Below, piece after piece: positions 1 through 15,519 of a stretch of DNA of 64,000 bases. Location: contig OX597822.1 in assembly GCA_951406725.2 (NCBI GenBank), positions 16,554,001-16,618,000 on the forward strand. The letters are read 5' to 3'. The translations under genes and the position numbers were made by a program. The stretch's first letter is position 1, and each line of letters begins with the position of its first letter. The notes beneath the pieces are model-generated. The model was given only the letters and a program-made list of their open reading frames with translations, did no database searches and was not told the DNA's origin. This stretch comes from Octopus vulgaris (lineage: Eukaryota).

Positions 1-508
1 TATTAAGAAATACATGTAGAAGTGCATGTAGAAGAAATACATGTAGAAGTTCAAAAATGAATGAGAGTGCCGGTATAACCCGGTTGAATTGGTTTTCTCT
101 CAGAATGTGCCAGTTTTCATGTATACGACCTAAAGCGGCATTTTATTTTGCAATCATTTTAAATGCCGTACTCTGAGTGCGTTATTATGGTATTCTTTCT
201 ATATTATATATAAAATGCATCAATGGTGTAGCAGTCCCAGTAATACATGAGCGATAGGATTTCGACTGCTGCCTAAGGAGCCCAGAACGACAAAACAGGA
301 AGGCAAGAAAAGTAATGACTGCATAGAATTGACCAACCAAAAGTTGAATGCTATATTTATCATAGCTACAAGGAGGTAGGAGCTTCAGGAAACGATTATG
401 AAATAATCTTTGCATGTGACGCTGGTCCTTTGAAAACTTCAAGGCGAGCAATTCTGAAAGGCGGTGACAAGTCGCTTACATCGAACCGGGTTCTTAATAT
501 TGTACGTT

Positions 509-644
509 ATTTTATTTTATCGACGCCGAAGGGACGAGAGACAAAGTTGAACACGACAGGATTTGAACTCGGAAGGTACAGCTTCAAAAGGAACCCTATA
601 AAACATCCTGTCCAACGTCCTAACTATTCAGCCATCTCGCCGCC
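509..644 (-). mobile_element. Degenerate tRNA-derived SINE (family B-like)
   Basis: Reverse complement reads ggcggcgagatggctgaatagttagg...gagttcaaatcc...cgtcccttcggcgtcgataaaata, similar to the copies at 19187 and 54486. Confidence 0.55.
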
Positions 645-1366
645 ATGTTTTACGGTTTACTTTCAGTTTTCTTATTTCTTTTCTATATTTTATTCTTGTT
701 TTATATATTTGGGTGTAGTTTACATTCCGAATAATTTGACTTTTGTTGTTTGTTTTGTGATCGCTACTTTTCTTTATGCATTCTTCCTTCTAAAGCCTAC
801 CATTTCGATTCCGATATCACTTTATGCCCTGAAAATGTATCGTCGCAGGTTAGTTGCTCAGCTGGGATCCAAAGTTGCCACGTTTAAGTAAATCAGCGTT
901 GCTTCCTGGTCACGAAGAAAGCAAAAAGAAAGTTCTCGGTATTTGTGATGTGGTTGAGTTGGAATGTTGGTAGAATCGTTGATACAAGCACCCAAGTGTG
1001 TGCATCTACTCACATAAGAATCTCAGATGGAGAATTTTTGCAATGCCTTGCAAATCCTCAATGTGTCCCTAATAGATTGGATTTGAGGAATCCGTGTCAG
1101 TTTCTTTTGCACTTTTTCCGTGAAACCCAGTATTCCAAGGTCTTTGTGCAATCTAATGATGATAGATACAAACGGGAATTCAAGTCAGGGCGCAAGAGCC
1201 GAAAGTTCCGCATTAATTCACCATAAATATTCTCTTGTTTCTTTTGACTGTGCATTTATGCATGTATGCATGTGTGTATGTATGTATGTATGTATGTATG
1301 TATGTATGTATGTATGTATGTATGTATGTATGTATGTATGTATAAGGTCGTGAGGGCCACAGCTGG

Positions 1367-1633
1367 CTTCATTATAGCCTCGGACCGACCAAAACTTTGT
1401 GAGTAGATTTGGTAGATTTGGTAGACGGAAACTGAAAGAAGCCCGTCGTATATATGTATATGTATATATATGTGTGTGTGTGTCTGTGTGTCTGTGTGTG
1501 TCCACCCCCAGCATCGCTTGACAATCGATGCTGGTGTGTATACGTCCCCATAACTTAGCGGTTCGGCAAAAGAGACCGATAGAATAAGTACTAGGCGTAC
1601 AAGAATAAGTCCTTAGGGCGATTTGCTCGACTA
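1367..1633 (+). mobile_element. 5'-truncated SINE family A with internal microsatellite
   Basis: tatagcctcggaccgacc...gacggaaactgaaagaagcccgtcg (TA/TG)n ...gaccgatagaataagtactaggc matches the other family A copies. Confidence 0.8.
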
Positions 1634-1646
1634 CATTGTGCGTATA

Positions 1647-1696
<50 letters not shown>

Positions 1697-1993
1697 TACA
1701 CGAGTGCACCAAACAACACGCGTGCGTATACTTACCTTTTCGCGGCTGCTTGTATGAGCGAGTGTACACGCGCCATGCAGCTTGCGCGAGGGCGTTTATA
1801 CATCCATATCTGTTAACGGTTATTTTTCATACCTTTATCGCTGTATTGCGTGTTCGTTTCTCTTTTCGCCATCTGTGATTTTATTCTTGATCTTCTATGT
1901 AATTGAAGATTTTCCCTTCGTTATGCTGCTTTTCTTTCTACGAAATGAGAAGTTATATTACGGAACTGTTGTTGCAATGAGTTGTGTCTATTT

Positions 1994-2087
1994 ATCACCC
2001 GATCAGATACATCTGCACCGCTGGATGCTCCTGAGTGTCCCACCCGTCAGGGCTCCATACTAGATGTGTCAAAACATTTGTCGTGAT
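1994..2087 (+). ncRNA. Degenerate minimal hammerhead ribozyme (Penelope-like terminal repeat remnant)
   Basis: Stem I atcac/gtgat, core ccgatca (CUGAUGA decayed), stem II gatacatct/agatgtgtc, aaaa in place of GAAA, ca..tg, TC, then aataaa. Confidence 0.45.
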
Positions 2088-2794
2088 CAATAAATTCTCG
2101 TATATTCCATCTCCCATCTTACATTTACCATACATATATACATATATATATATGTAACATTTTCTAACTTTGTTTTACCGGAATCGTTTGCAAATGTTTC
2201 GTATTTTATGTTCTACATGAAGGATGTAACTGAAATATAGGATAAATAAAAAAATTCTTTCTTATAAATGTTTTTTTATATATTATAAACTATACGTAGA
2301 CTTCTTCCAGAACCGCATGTAATAGTTTTTCTACATTCTCGAGAGCTTTCCTAATTTCACATAGCAAAAAGGATATCAGTGTAATGAATGCGACAAGTAT
2401 TCAGGTGTCTTAGTTCTCATCTTTAATGTAATATTGATATTACAAACTCACACGCACATATGTATATATGGGCAGATATATAAATACATATATGTGTGTA
2501 TACATACATGCATATATACATACACACACACACACTCATATATATATATATGTATGTATATATACACAATTTCGCGCCATGTATATATATATAGATGAAA
2601 GGATATTTGTTTGCGTGTAAGGAATACATTGTGACGTATATTTGCCATTTAAATATGGCTAACCCCTAAGGGTGGATGCTACTATAGTTTATAGCCCCCG
2701 GAGGACACCTCCTCCAGCTGGCTTTAGACACACTTTCTGTGCCCTATCAGTATTTGCAAAGAGAAGTCATCCTTCCCGTCTTCAACTTATGATA

Positions 2795-2839
2795 CACACG
2801 GACTCGAGTTTCTGAGTATTGACCCGTCATCGGCATGTG
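2795..2839 (-). ncRNA. Minimal hammerhead motif (left arm of foldback)
   Basis: rc: cacatg ccgatga c gggt caat actc a gaaa ctcgag tc cgtgtg. Confidence 0.55.
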
Positions 2840-2979
2840 ACAATCACAGTTGTCGATGAAAAGTAGGTTCCCTTCACAAATACTTATCCCTTTCCAGTAT
2901 CGTAAAGACACTGATATCGAATGGAAAAGGGATATGTATTTGTGAAGGGAACCTACTTTTCATCGACAACTGTGATTGT

Positions 2980-3024
2980 CACATGCCGATGACGGGTCAG
3001 TACCCAGAAACTCGAGTCCGTGTG
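2980..3024 (+). ncRNA. Minimal type I hammerhead motif (CCGAUGA core variant)
   Basis: cacatg ccgatga c gggt cagt accc a gaaa ctcgag tc cgtgtg: stem I cacatg/cgtgtg, palindromic stem III ctcgag. Confidence 0.6.
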
Positions 3025-4072
3025 TATCATAAGTTGAAGACGGGAAGGATGGCTTCCCTTTGCAAATACTGATAGGGCACAGAAAGTATGTCTAAAGCCA
3101 GCTGGAGGAGGTGTCCTCCTGGGGCTACAAACTACAGTAGCATCCACCCTTAGCTATTAGCCATGGCAAATATACGTCACGATGTGTTGCAGCTACTGTT
3201 TATAACTCGCTCTAAGATTTATTATTGCTTAAGGACTACATTTTCTTTCAGAAATGTTATACTGAAGTCAGCAATTGGACCAAACCAAGAATTCTATATT
3301 TCTTCTGTTGGGGATGCCATGCAAGTTATTCAGACCATTTAATTTAAACCGTCGACGAACGATTTGCAAACATCATCGATATTACTTCTCCCATCACAAA
3401 TGTATTAAAATTTAAGTAAAACATACACACACATACTTCCATAAATGTTCACACACGTTCAGAAACATATGCGCATTCATGGGACCACTTACTTCAGTAA
3501 TATATTTTCAATAAGCATGTTTTTACAACAAAAATAATAAGAAAGCGAAATGTTATGCGTGGCGTCGTTCCTTGAAGAACGACCTGTAAATTAAAATTTC
3601 ATTCACTATGTTCCAAAACCCAGTGGTTTTATCCGATTTTTTTTATACTTATCACCGCTCATTCATAATCTTTCGACTGTCAATATTCACAGAATGCAAT
3701 TACAAGTTTATAAAATCTGTTCATTAGACGTTATATAATATAATTTCGGATGAAAATGCAATACCTTCATGTAAAAGTGAAACTCATTAAATGCAACATA
3801 TAGGAATGCTAAGTAAAACTCATAGTGAGAAAATAAAATGAAAAAGGAAAAACCGAAGACGAAACGATACACGTCGAACTGACTGATATGTAATGCTAAA
3901 TCAATTTACTTAATTCATTTTCACTACTGATAATCTAATCTAATTTTCTCTCTTGAAAGGCCATGGATATTTTAACGTAATCAAAACGAATCACTAGATA
4001 TATAACACAGCTCCATTATGTTCATTGATTTCTGGAAGATTTACTTTATAATCTTCATTTATATAGGTGTTG

Positions 4073-4116
<44 letters not shown>
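4073..4116. repeat. (GTT)n microsatellite
   Basis: Direct reading. Confidence 0.95.
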
Positions 4117-4117
<1 letters not shown>

Positions 4118-4679
4118 AAGGGTTTTTGCTTGTTTTTCCTTTCTCAGTTTGCTTTCAGCACAATTTACATATAAGCTATTACTTATTAAATATTACATTT
4201 GTTGTTTTGCCTTTAAATATCACACTAAAAGCTTAATTATTTGTTATTAGAAATCTAATAACCACATCCGGAACGAATAAAGTATATTGCAATGCATCCG
4301 TTTCCAAATTAATTACATATTAGCTTCGTTGTAATATTTCCGGTTTATATTAACACCATCAGTGCCACCAATCAAAATAATTTCAGCAATATGTGCGAGA
4401 ATAAGAAAGATTTACTGCCTATTTCTGTATTTGTTTCTTCAAAAATCGAATATGTGGCAGTTTGATCGTTTTAAGTAGCGGTATCTAAATCTATCGGAAA
4501 GGCAATTTGCTTTCCTTTCGCCGATCCAGTCCTAGCTTGCAGCGTAATGAAGTATGTAAGTTTGTGCCATAAACAAATTAATTGCTCTTCAATGAGAAGG
4601 CAAACTGTCTACACCTGTAAATAGATACAGTTTTAAAATCGGTATTTGTATCTCTCACTTATATGTCTATCCTTTGAGT

Positions 4680-4890
4680 TTTACTTGTATCAGTCACTGA
4701 ACTGCGGCCATGCTGGGGCACCACCTTGAAGGATGTTTAACCAAACGAAGCGGTCCCTTCATACTTTCTCTATTGGTCCCTATGGGTCGCTTAGTCGAAG
4801 CAGACAGTTACGGGTACGTAATGAGCCAATACCGGTTATCAAGCAGCGGTGGGACAAACACAAACACAAAGACACACACACACGCATACA
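4680..4890 (-). mobile_element. SINE family A 3' part
   Basis: cagtcactgaactgcggccatgctggggcaccacc...gggacaaacacaaacac is the rc of the family A tail. Confidence 0.65.
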
Positions 4891-5013
4891 GTGATATGCA
4901 TACATATATTTTTTTCTTTTTTTTTTGTTAGAGGAAAAGGGTGAACAAAACTAAGGCAGGTCGAATACCTCAAGTCATTTATAATAATTTAATTAGGGTA
5001 AGGTGAATTTAAA

Positions 5014-5089
5014 GTCTTACAGCTGTTTCTGGGTTATCCCAAGTGATTGGCTAGCATGTCCGTACACTGGGTATTCCATCACCAGAGAC
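5014..5089 (-). ncRNA. Hammerhead motif with long stem II (Penelope-like remnant), core A6G
   Basis: rc: gtct ctggtga tgg...cca gaaa cagctg ta agac. Confidence 0.5.
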
Positions 5090-5194
5090 AATATATGTAT
5101 GAAAGTTTCAGACAGGGACATTCACAGCTTATAAGGAATAAAATAGAAGAATAAAGATTAAGAGTAGATAGAAGAAAACAGGCTGGAGAATATA

Positions 5195-5307
5195 GGAGTG
5201 TGGTAAGAAGCCTGCTTCCCAATCACATGGTTCTGGGCTCAGTCCCACTGCGTCGACCAAAATCTTTTGAGTGGATTTGATAGACGGAAACAGAAAGAAG
5301 CCCGTCG

Positions 5308-5351
<44 letters not shown>

Positions 5352-5547
5352 TGACTGTGTTTGTCCCCCACAATCGCTTGACGACTGATATTGGTCACCG
5401 TAATTAGCGGTTCGGCGAAAGAAACCGATAGAATAAGTATTAGGCTTACAAAGAATAAGTCCTGGGGTCGATTTGTTCGACTAAAGGCGGTGCTCCAGCA
5501 TGACCACGGTCAAAAGACTGAAACAACTGAAAGAATAAAAGAATATA
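5195..5547 (+). mobile_element. SINE family A
   Basis: tRNA-like head (gtgtggtaagaag...gggctcagtccc), body, internal (TA)(TG)n, tail ending aaagaataaaagaata. Confidence 0.85.
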
Positions 5548-5552
5548 TACTT

Positions 5553-5660
5553 CTTTTCAGTTTCCGTCTATCAAATCCGCTGGTAAGGCCTTGGGTCGCT
5601 CCAAGTTATAGTAGAAGACTGAACTCGGAACCATGTGGTTGGGAAGCCAATTCATCATTC
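5553..5660 (-). mobile_element. SINE family A fragment
   Basis: tttcagtttccgtctatcaaatcc...gaactcggaaccatgtggttggg. Confidence 0.6.
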
Positions 5661-7410
5661 AGTCACGCCTGAGATACGGGAACAAGAATCTCCGGTACAA
5701 TTAGCCTTATACAATGGGACGTGGCTTAGCATTTAAATTATTGATACAATCCATTTGATAGGTTTCCGCATAGTTTTCATCCGCTTTGTTTCACTCACAG
5801 TCTTTGGATTAACCCAAGGCAGTGGTGAGAGATGCTTATCCAAAGTGGAACGGGATAGAATTAGACATAGGATATCGTGATTGCAAAGAGAACTTGTTAC
5901 TGCATCCACACATATTTATAGACTTAGTGAGATGTTCGAAAAATGAAGAGGAGAACATTATTTTGTCTTCTTGCCAATCAAATCGAATGAACACTCGCAT
6001 TACAGTGACATTCATCAATAAGAGGGACGGTATAATAATAATATCCCTTTCGTTTGAGGGTTTTTAATCACTTTCTCATAGACGTTCCAAATGTGCCTTC
6101 CCCTACTGAAACATCCACCCCACTATTTATTTAATTTCAATGTTTAAAATTTCCTTATGGTTGAGCGCCGAATCAACCTTGATTAAGCAAGACCAATGGC
6201 AAAAACAATTCGACCATGAATACTCGTTTTCCCTTCTTTTCGGATATAGTGTATCAAAACCTGCAATAACTTTATTTAAGATAAGAAAGTGTGATTTGAG
6301 GGCGATTTTGGTGCTATATCTAATAGATCGCACGACCTCGTAGATGTGCCCTCATTATTTCTCTTGTTGCTGTTGTGGGTTTTGCTGCTGTGTAGCTCCC
6401 GCTCAGCCCTCGTAGAACAGACTAAGCAGAACAAAAGTATTCCAGATTCGTCCACCGTGTCGTTTTAGAGCTATACTATATTATCCACTGGATCCTTTCC
6501 TTATTAAAGATGTCAGGGTGATATTAGGGAAAGATTCGATTGCATCCTCATTATTTCTATTGTTTCATTCTTCTATTTCAAGCATGGATTACTTGTCAAT
6601 AAACTGCTGATAATGAATAGGCTTTATGAAGGAATCCATTTCCATTTTATTTCACTGGTTAATTATCTTGTAAATTACTCCATGACGTTAAACAAGAAGC
6701 GTCTTTCAGAACCAGCAAAATCGACTACCATGCATTTACAAACATATTATGGAACTTCATCATTGTTCTTCAAGTGGCTGCAATCGGGATGTGTTTATAA
6801 CACTAGAAATTTTGGTCTGTCGATAGTTTTGCCAGATCTTCAATTTCCTGCTGTGTATGTATCTCTGCTAATAACATCAAAATACCTGAGTGGTCATCGT
6901 CGCCAATTATGATGCACACATGTCATCAAAGCATAATATCCGATATGGCCTGTTGTTCAGTACAATAGTAGAGATGAGTCCTATATGTCCATAAATCGCT
7001 TTGGTATTCCGCTCACGCCAGGAGATATTCTGGGCTAAGAGTACGTACCATCAGCACGTGCTTTAAAATTACATTTTCTTTTAATCTCTCGTTCCCCATT
7101 TGACTTAACGGTATGGCAAACCGAAAACTCTATTCTCAATTTAAAGAAGTGCTGTATTCTAATTGATGCCAAATGCTTTTCAGGGGTCGACCAATACCAC
7201 AAAATATTTTCTTTATTCTCAAATAATTTTCCTTTTTCACTTACTGTAATAATGGTGTGGCCGGATCTCCTTCTATATTCTTTTTAATCTTCAAAACGTA
7301 TTTGCAAAATTCCAACATAACTGTCAACCATACCAGAAACCTCCTAAGCGGCATTTAACTCTGACGCATATTGGTAAGTAAGCTTCTAGCCACACGGCCA
7401 CTCTTGCGCC

Positions 7411-7487
<77 letters not shown>

Positions 7488-7603
7488 CTGTAAATGTAAT
7501 ATGTGACAATTATTCGGTAGCCATGATAAAACTACAAGTTTCAGATGCCGAGGTGGAAATCCATGCCGCCATCCCTTCAGTTATCTGACAACCGGAAAAG
7601 TGC
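7488..7603 (-). mobile_element. Penelope-like terminal repeat with hammerhead (7525-7585)
   Basis: Inverted copy of 8520-8637; rc gataa ctgaagg gatg...catc t gaaa cttgtag tt ttatc. Confidence 0.6.
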
Positions 7604-7960
7604 GAGCTTACTAACCGACCACACGGTTCCGGGTTCAGTCCCACTGCGTAGCACCTTGGGTAAGTATCTTCTACTATAACCTCGGGCCGACCAAAGCCTT
7701 GTGAGTGGATTTAGTACACGGAAACTGAAAGAATCCTGTCGTATATTTGCGTGTCTGTATTTGTCTCTCCCCACGATCACTTGACGACCGATGTTGGTAT
7801 GTTTACGTCCCTGTAACTCAGAGGTTCAGCAAAAACCGGTAGAATAAGTACTGGGCTTACAAAGAATAAATCCTGGGGTCGATTTGTTCTAATAAAGCCG
7901 GCGCTTCGACATAGCCGCAATCAAATGATCTGAAACAAATGAAAGAATACTAAAAGAATA
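7604..7960 (+). mobile_element. SINE family A lacking its first ~25 nt
   Basis: agcttactaaccgaccacacggttccgggttcagtcccactgcgtagcaccttggg... full body and tail. Confidence 0.85.
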
Positions 7961-7974
7961 TGTGTGTGTGTGTA

Positions 7975-8036
<62 letters not shown>

Positions 8037-8361
8037 TGTGTGTATATATGTATATATATGTACATACATAGAAGAAATATGTTACAAAAAGAAAATAGAA
8101 AATACTATTAGACCTGATACCGTTCATTAACCGGTGTTCATTCAAAGCAATGAATAGCTTATGACGAAACCATGGTATGCTTTATGACTCTTTAATCTTC
8201 TCATAATAATGACTTTTATTACGACCTCAGTCCATCTAAATGTATATATCTGTTGTTACCTTTCATAAAAAGCCTTTTCTTTTTTTATTTACAATGTGCA
8301 TTTTCGTTGATTTTTCTTATTTTTCCCTATACATACATATATATACATATATATATATATA

Positions 8362-8429
<68 letters not shown>

Positions 8430-8518
8430 TATAAAAGCTGGAAAGTGGTAAAACTATGAAGGAAGTCGGAGAGGAAGGATATAAGTACCTGGGTATCATT
8501 GAAAGAGATAAAATGAAT
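8430..8518 (+). pseudogene. ~90 bp RT fragment of an R4/Dong-like LINE
   Basis: Translates MKEVGEEGYKYLGIIERDKM; compare ENYKYLGVIEGEGI in the LINE at ~32100. Confidence 0.55.
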
Positions 8519-8519
8519 G

Positions 8520-8706
8520 CGAGCATTTTTCCGATGGCCGGACAACTGAAGAGATGGCGGCGTGGATTTTCACCTCGGCATCCGAAACTCGGAGTTTTAT
8601 CATGGCTACCGAATAATTGTCACATATTACATTTACAGATACATTCCTCTATTTATATAATATCGATGTCACTTTCATTCTTTTGTTGTCTTACCATTTT
8701 TATCAA
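8520..8706 (+). mobile_element. Penelope-like terminal repeat with intact-core hammerhead (8541-8601)
   Basis: gacaa CTGAAGA gatg...catc c GAAA ctcggag TT ttatc; same family at 7488 and 59493. Confidence 0.65.
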
Positions 8707-9119
8707 TATATATATATATATATAATGACTAAGTAATAAAATACAATATAATGTACATAATTTATGCATAAATTTCGCTTCATAATCTTTTGCCTGTCAA
8801 TCTCATTTTATTATCTATTATAGTGTATAAAATCCACATTGAAAGAAATGAACGTACATCCATACATTGACCTATCGCTACTATAACATTGAAATACACC
8901 ACTTGTGCATACAGTCTATTATCAACACGTGTGTATACGTTCGCTTTTCTTCATGCATGAATGAATTTAGTCACAGTTGCATACTTACGTACATACATAC
9001 ACACATGCATACATACATGCGTAAATACATACATACATACATATTTATATATAAATATAGAAACACACATCCAAACGTATACGTATATATATACAAATAT
9101 ATATACACGTATATATATA

Positions 9120-12974
<3,855 letters not shown>

Positions 12975-13572
12975 GTATGTATATACGCCCATGTGTGCAT
13001 ATGCATACTCACATACATATAAATATTCATAAATACACAGATTATCTTGTAGAATGATTTCCAGCCACGTCCCTTCTGTTGAAATACAAACCGCACTTAC
13101 TAATTCATGAATGCGGTTAGATGCAACGAATTTCATAGAAGAGCTGCCATGGAATAATCTTAACATATCAAATACATTGTGAAGCCAGAGAAAAGGATTT
13201 TCGTATTAATATTTCTTTCTTCCTTTCTACGAAGAATATTTTCATATGTACATTGATCATTGGTTTCCAATAGAAGGGTGGAAAACAAACAGCGTGGCCT
13301 AATAACAACTTCGTTCCAAAGAATTATTCATTGAGTCTCGGGCTGGTCAATACCTTGTGCCTTGGAATTTTGTTGATAGAGTCAATGCGGAAATACGTCA
13401 CGTATGTGCACATGTGTGTGCGTGTTTGTGCCCATATATCATATATATGTCAGTGAACAGGTCGCGGTCTCAAAGCGACGAAAATATTTTGACAAATTAA
13501 ATTTAAATGTTGAAGTGAATCTAACGGTTTTGTGTGTTTCTTAAATTGCTTATAAGCATCTTCCACGCTGCA

Positions 13573-13610
<38 letters not shown>

Positions 13611-13617
13611 CATGGAT

Positions 13618-14414
13618 CAATCACAGTTGTCGATGAAAAGTAGGTTCCCTTCACAAATACATATCCCTTTTCCATTCGATATCAGTGTCTTTACGATACT
13701 GGAAAGGGATAAGTATTTGTGAAGGGAACCTACTTTTCATCGACAACTGTGATTGTCACATGCCGATGACGGGTCAATACCAGAAACTCGAGTCCGTGTG
13801 TATCATAAGTTGAAGACGGGAAGGATGACTTCTCTTTGCAAATACTGATAGGGCACAGAAAGTGTGTCTAAAGCCAGCTGGAGGAGGTGTCCTCCTGGGG
13901 CTACAAACTATAGTAGCATCCACCCTTAAGGGTTAGCCATATTTAAATGGCAAATATACGTCACAATGTATTCCTTACACGCAAACAAATATCCTTTCAT
14001 CTATATATATATACATGGCGCGAAATTGTGTATATATACATACATATATATATATGAGTGTGTGTGTGCGTATGTATATATGCATGCATGTATGTATACA
14101 CACATATATGTATTTATATATCTGCCCATATATACATATGTGCGTGTGAGTTTGTAATATCAATATTACATTAAAGATGAGAACTAAGACACCTGAATAC
14201 TTGTCGCATTCATTACACTGATATCCTTTTTGCTATGTGAAATTAGGAAAGCTCTCGAGAATGTAGAAAAACTATTACATGCGGTTCTGGAAGAAGTCTC
14301 CGTATAGTTTATAATATATAAAAAAAACATTTATAAGAAAGAATTTTTTTATTTATCCTATATTTCAGTTACATCCTTCATGTAGAACATAAAATATAAT
14401 ATACGAAACATTTG
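13618..14414 (-). repeat. Inverted near-identical duplicate of 2191-2978 (includes hammerhead at 13757-13800)
   Basis: Sequence is the reverse complement of 2191-2978 with only a few differences, including the low-complexity part. Confidence 0.9.
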
Positions 14415-14930
14415 TATATATCGACAAGAAGAGGGTTTAACTATGGGTTCACCACTGTCACCAATAATAGCCAATATATACATGGAATTCTTTAAGAATT
14501 TGGCTTTAGGATCAACACCACTAAAACCAGCACTGTGATTGCAATATGTTGATGACACGTTCATACTCTGGCCCACCAGAGATATGTCCAAGTGCTGTTA
14601 GATCACGTGAACTCAATAAAGCCATCGATACAGTTCACAATGGAAAAAGAAAACACAATCAGCTGGCATTCCTGGACGTATTAATAACACGCACCGAGCA
14701 TGGATTCAGGACATCCGTATACCGCAAGCCGACCTTCGCTGGACGATACTTCAACTTCAACTCCCACCATCCATACAGTGTAAAGAGAGGGATTGCTCAG
14801 TGCCTAAAACATCGAGCAATGAATATAAGTAGCGATGGTGATACCCACCACGAAGAAATGATCAAGCTCAGTAACAATCTATTAAGCAACAACTACCTCA
14901 AAAAGCATACTCTCCACTCCAACATAGGAT
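14415..14930 (+). pseudogene. Penelope-like element reverse transcriptase fragment (disrupted)
   Basis: YRQEEGLTMGSPLSPIIANIYME...*LQYVDDTF...LAFLDVLI...SVYRKPT...NFNSHHP, which are characteristic PLE RT/thumb motifs; contains a stop and frameshift. Confidence 0.85.
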
Positions 14931-15468
14931 TTTGTAAACACGTGATGTTCCCCAGTGAACGTTAATAATAATAGCTTCTTCGTGATATTTGGCGGGATTA
15001 AATATTTGAATTTGAAACGAAGGAATAAAGTAAAAGATGCTCAGAATGAATTGTAACAGTAGTAAATAAGTTACACACTTAAATACATCAGGCTAAGTAT
15101 ACCGGGTAACAACAAACAATTCTGCCTCCTATACTACGATGGTGTATATTAAGCAGTTTAAGGTGTCACGTTGTTCTTGTCATATCCTACATTAAAATAA
15201 AGCAGAACAGCAAAATACAGATTAATGATTAAATGTAGTTTTGCAACCGGACCCTTGAGCTGATCTTGTTGTGACCACCAATAGCAGCTGAATCCTTGCA
15301 TTGTTAATTAATTTTAATTTATATTACATATGCTGTACAAGAAAGGCCTTCACACTGACAACGGAAGTGACAGAGGAATGTTTGTAAAGCAGTATTTAGC
15401 ATATGTTGTGAAAAGAAATGTATGATTACGTTGAAGGAAAAAGACATACTCGTACATTTGGTTTACAG

Positions 15469-15519
<51 letters not shown>

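Larger units (their letters stand above)
2626..3185. repeat. ~560 bp foldback (two ~270 bp inverted arms), each arm with a hammerhead motif; probable inverted Penelope-like terminal repeats
   Basis: 2626-2896 is the near-perfect reverse complement of 2922-3185; spacer about 25 nt. Confidence 0.9.

Noticed and set aside
6850-7350. Possible ancient RTE-like RT remnant on the minus strand (VDP-EKAF)
   Set aside because: Single degenerate motif; too weak to call
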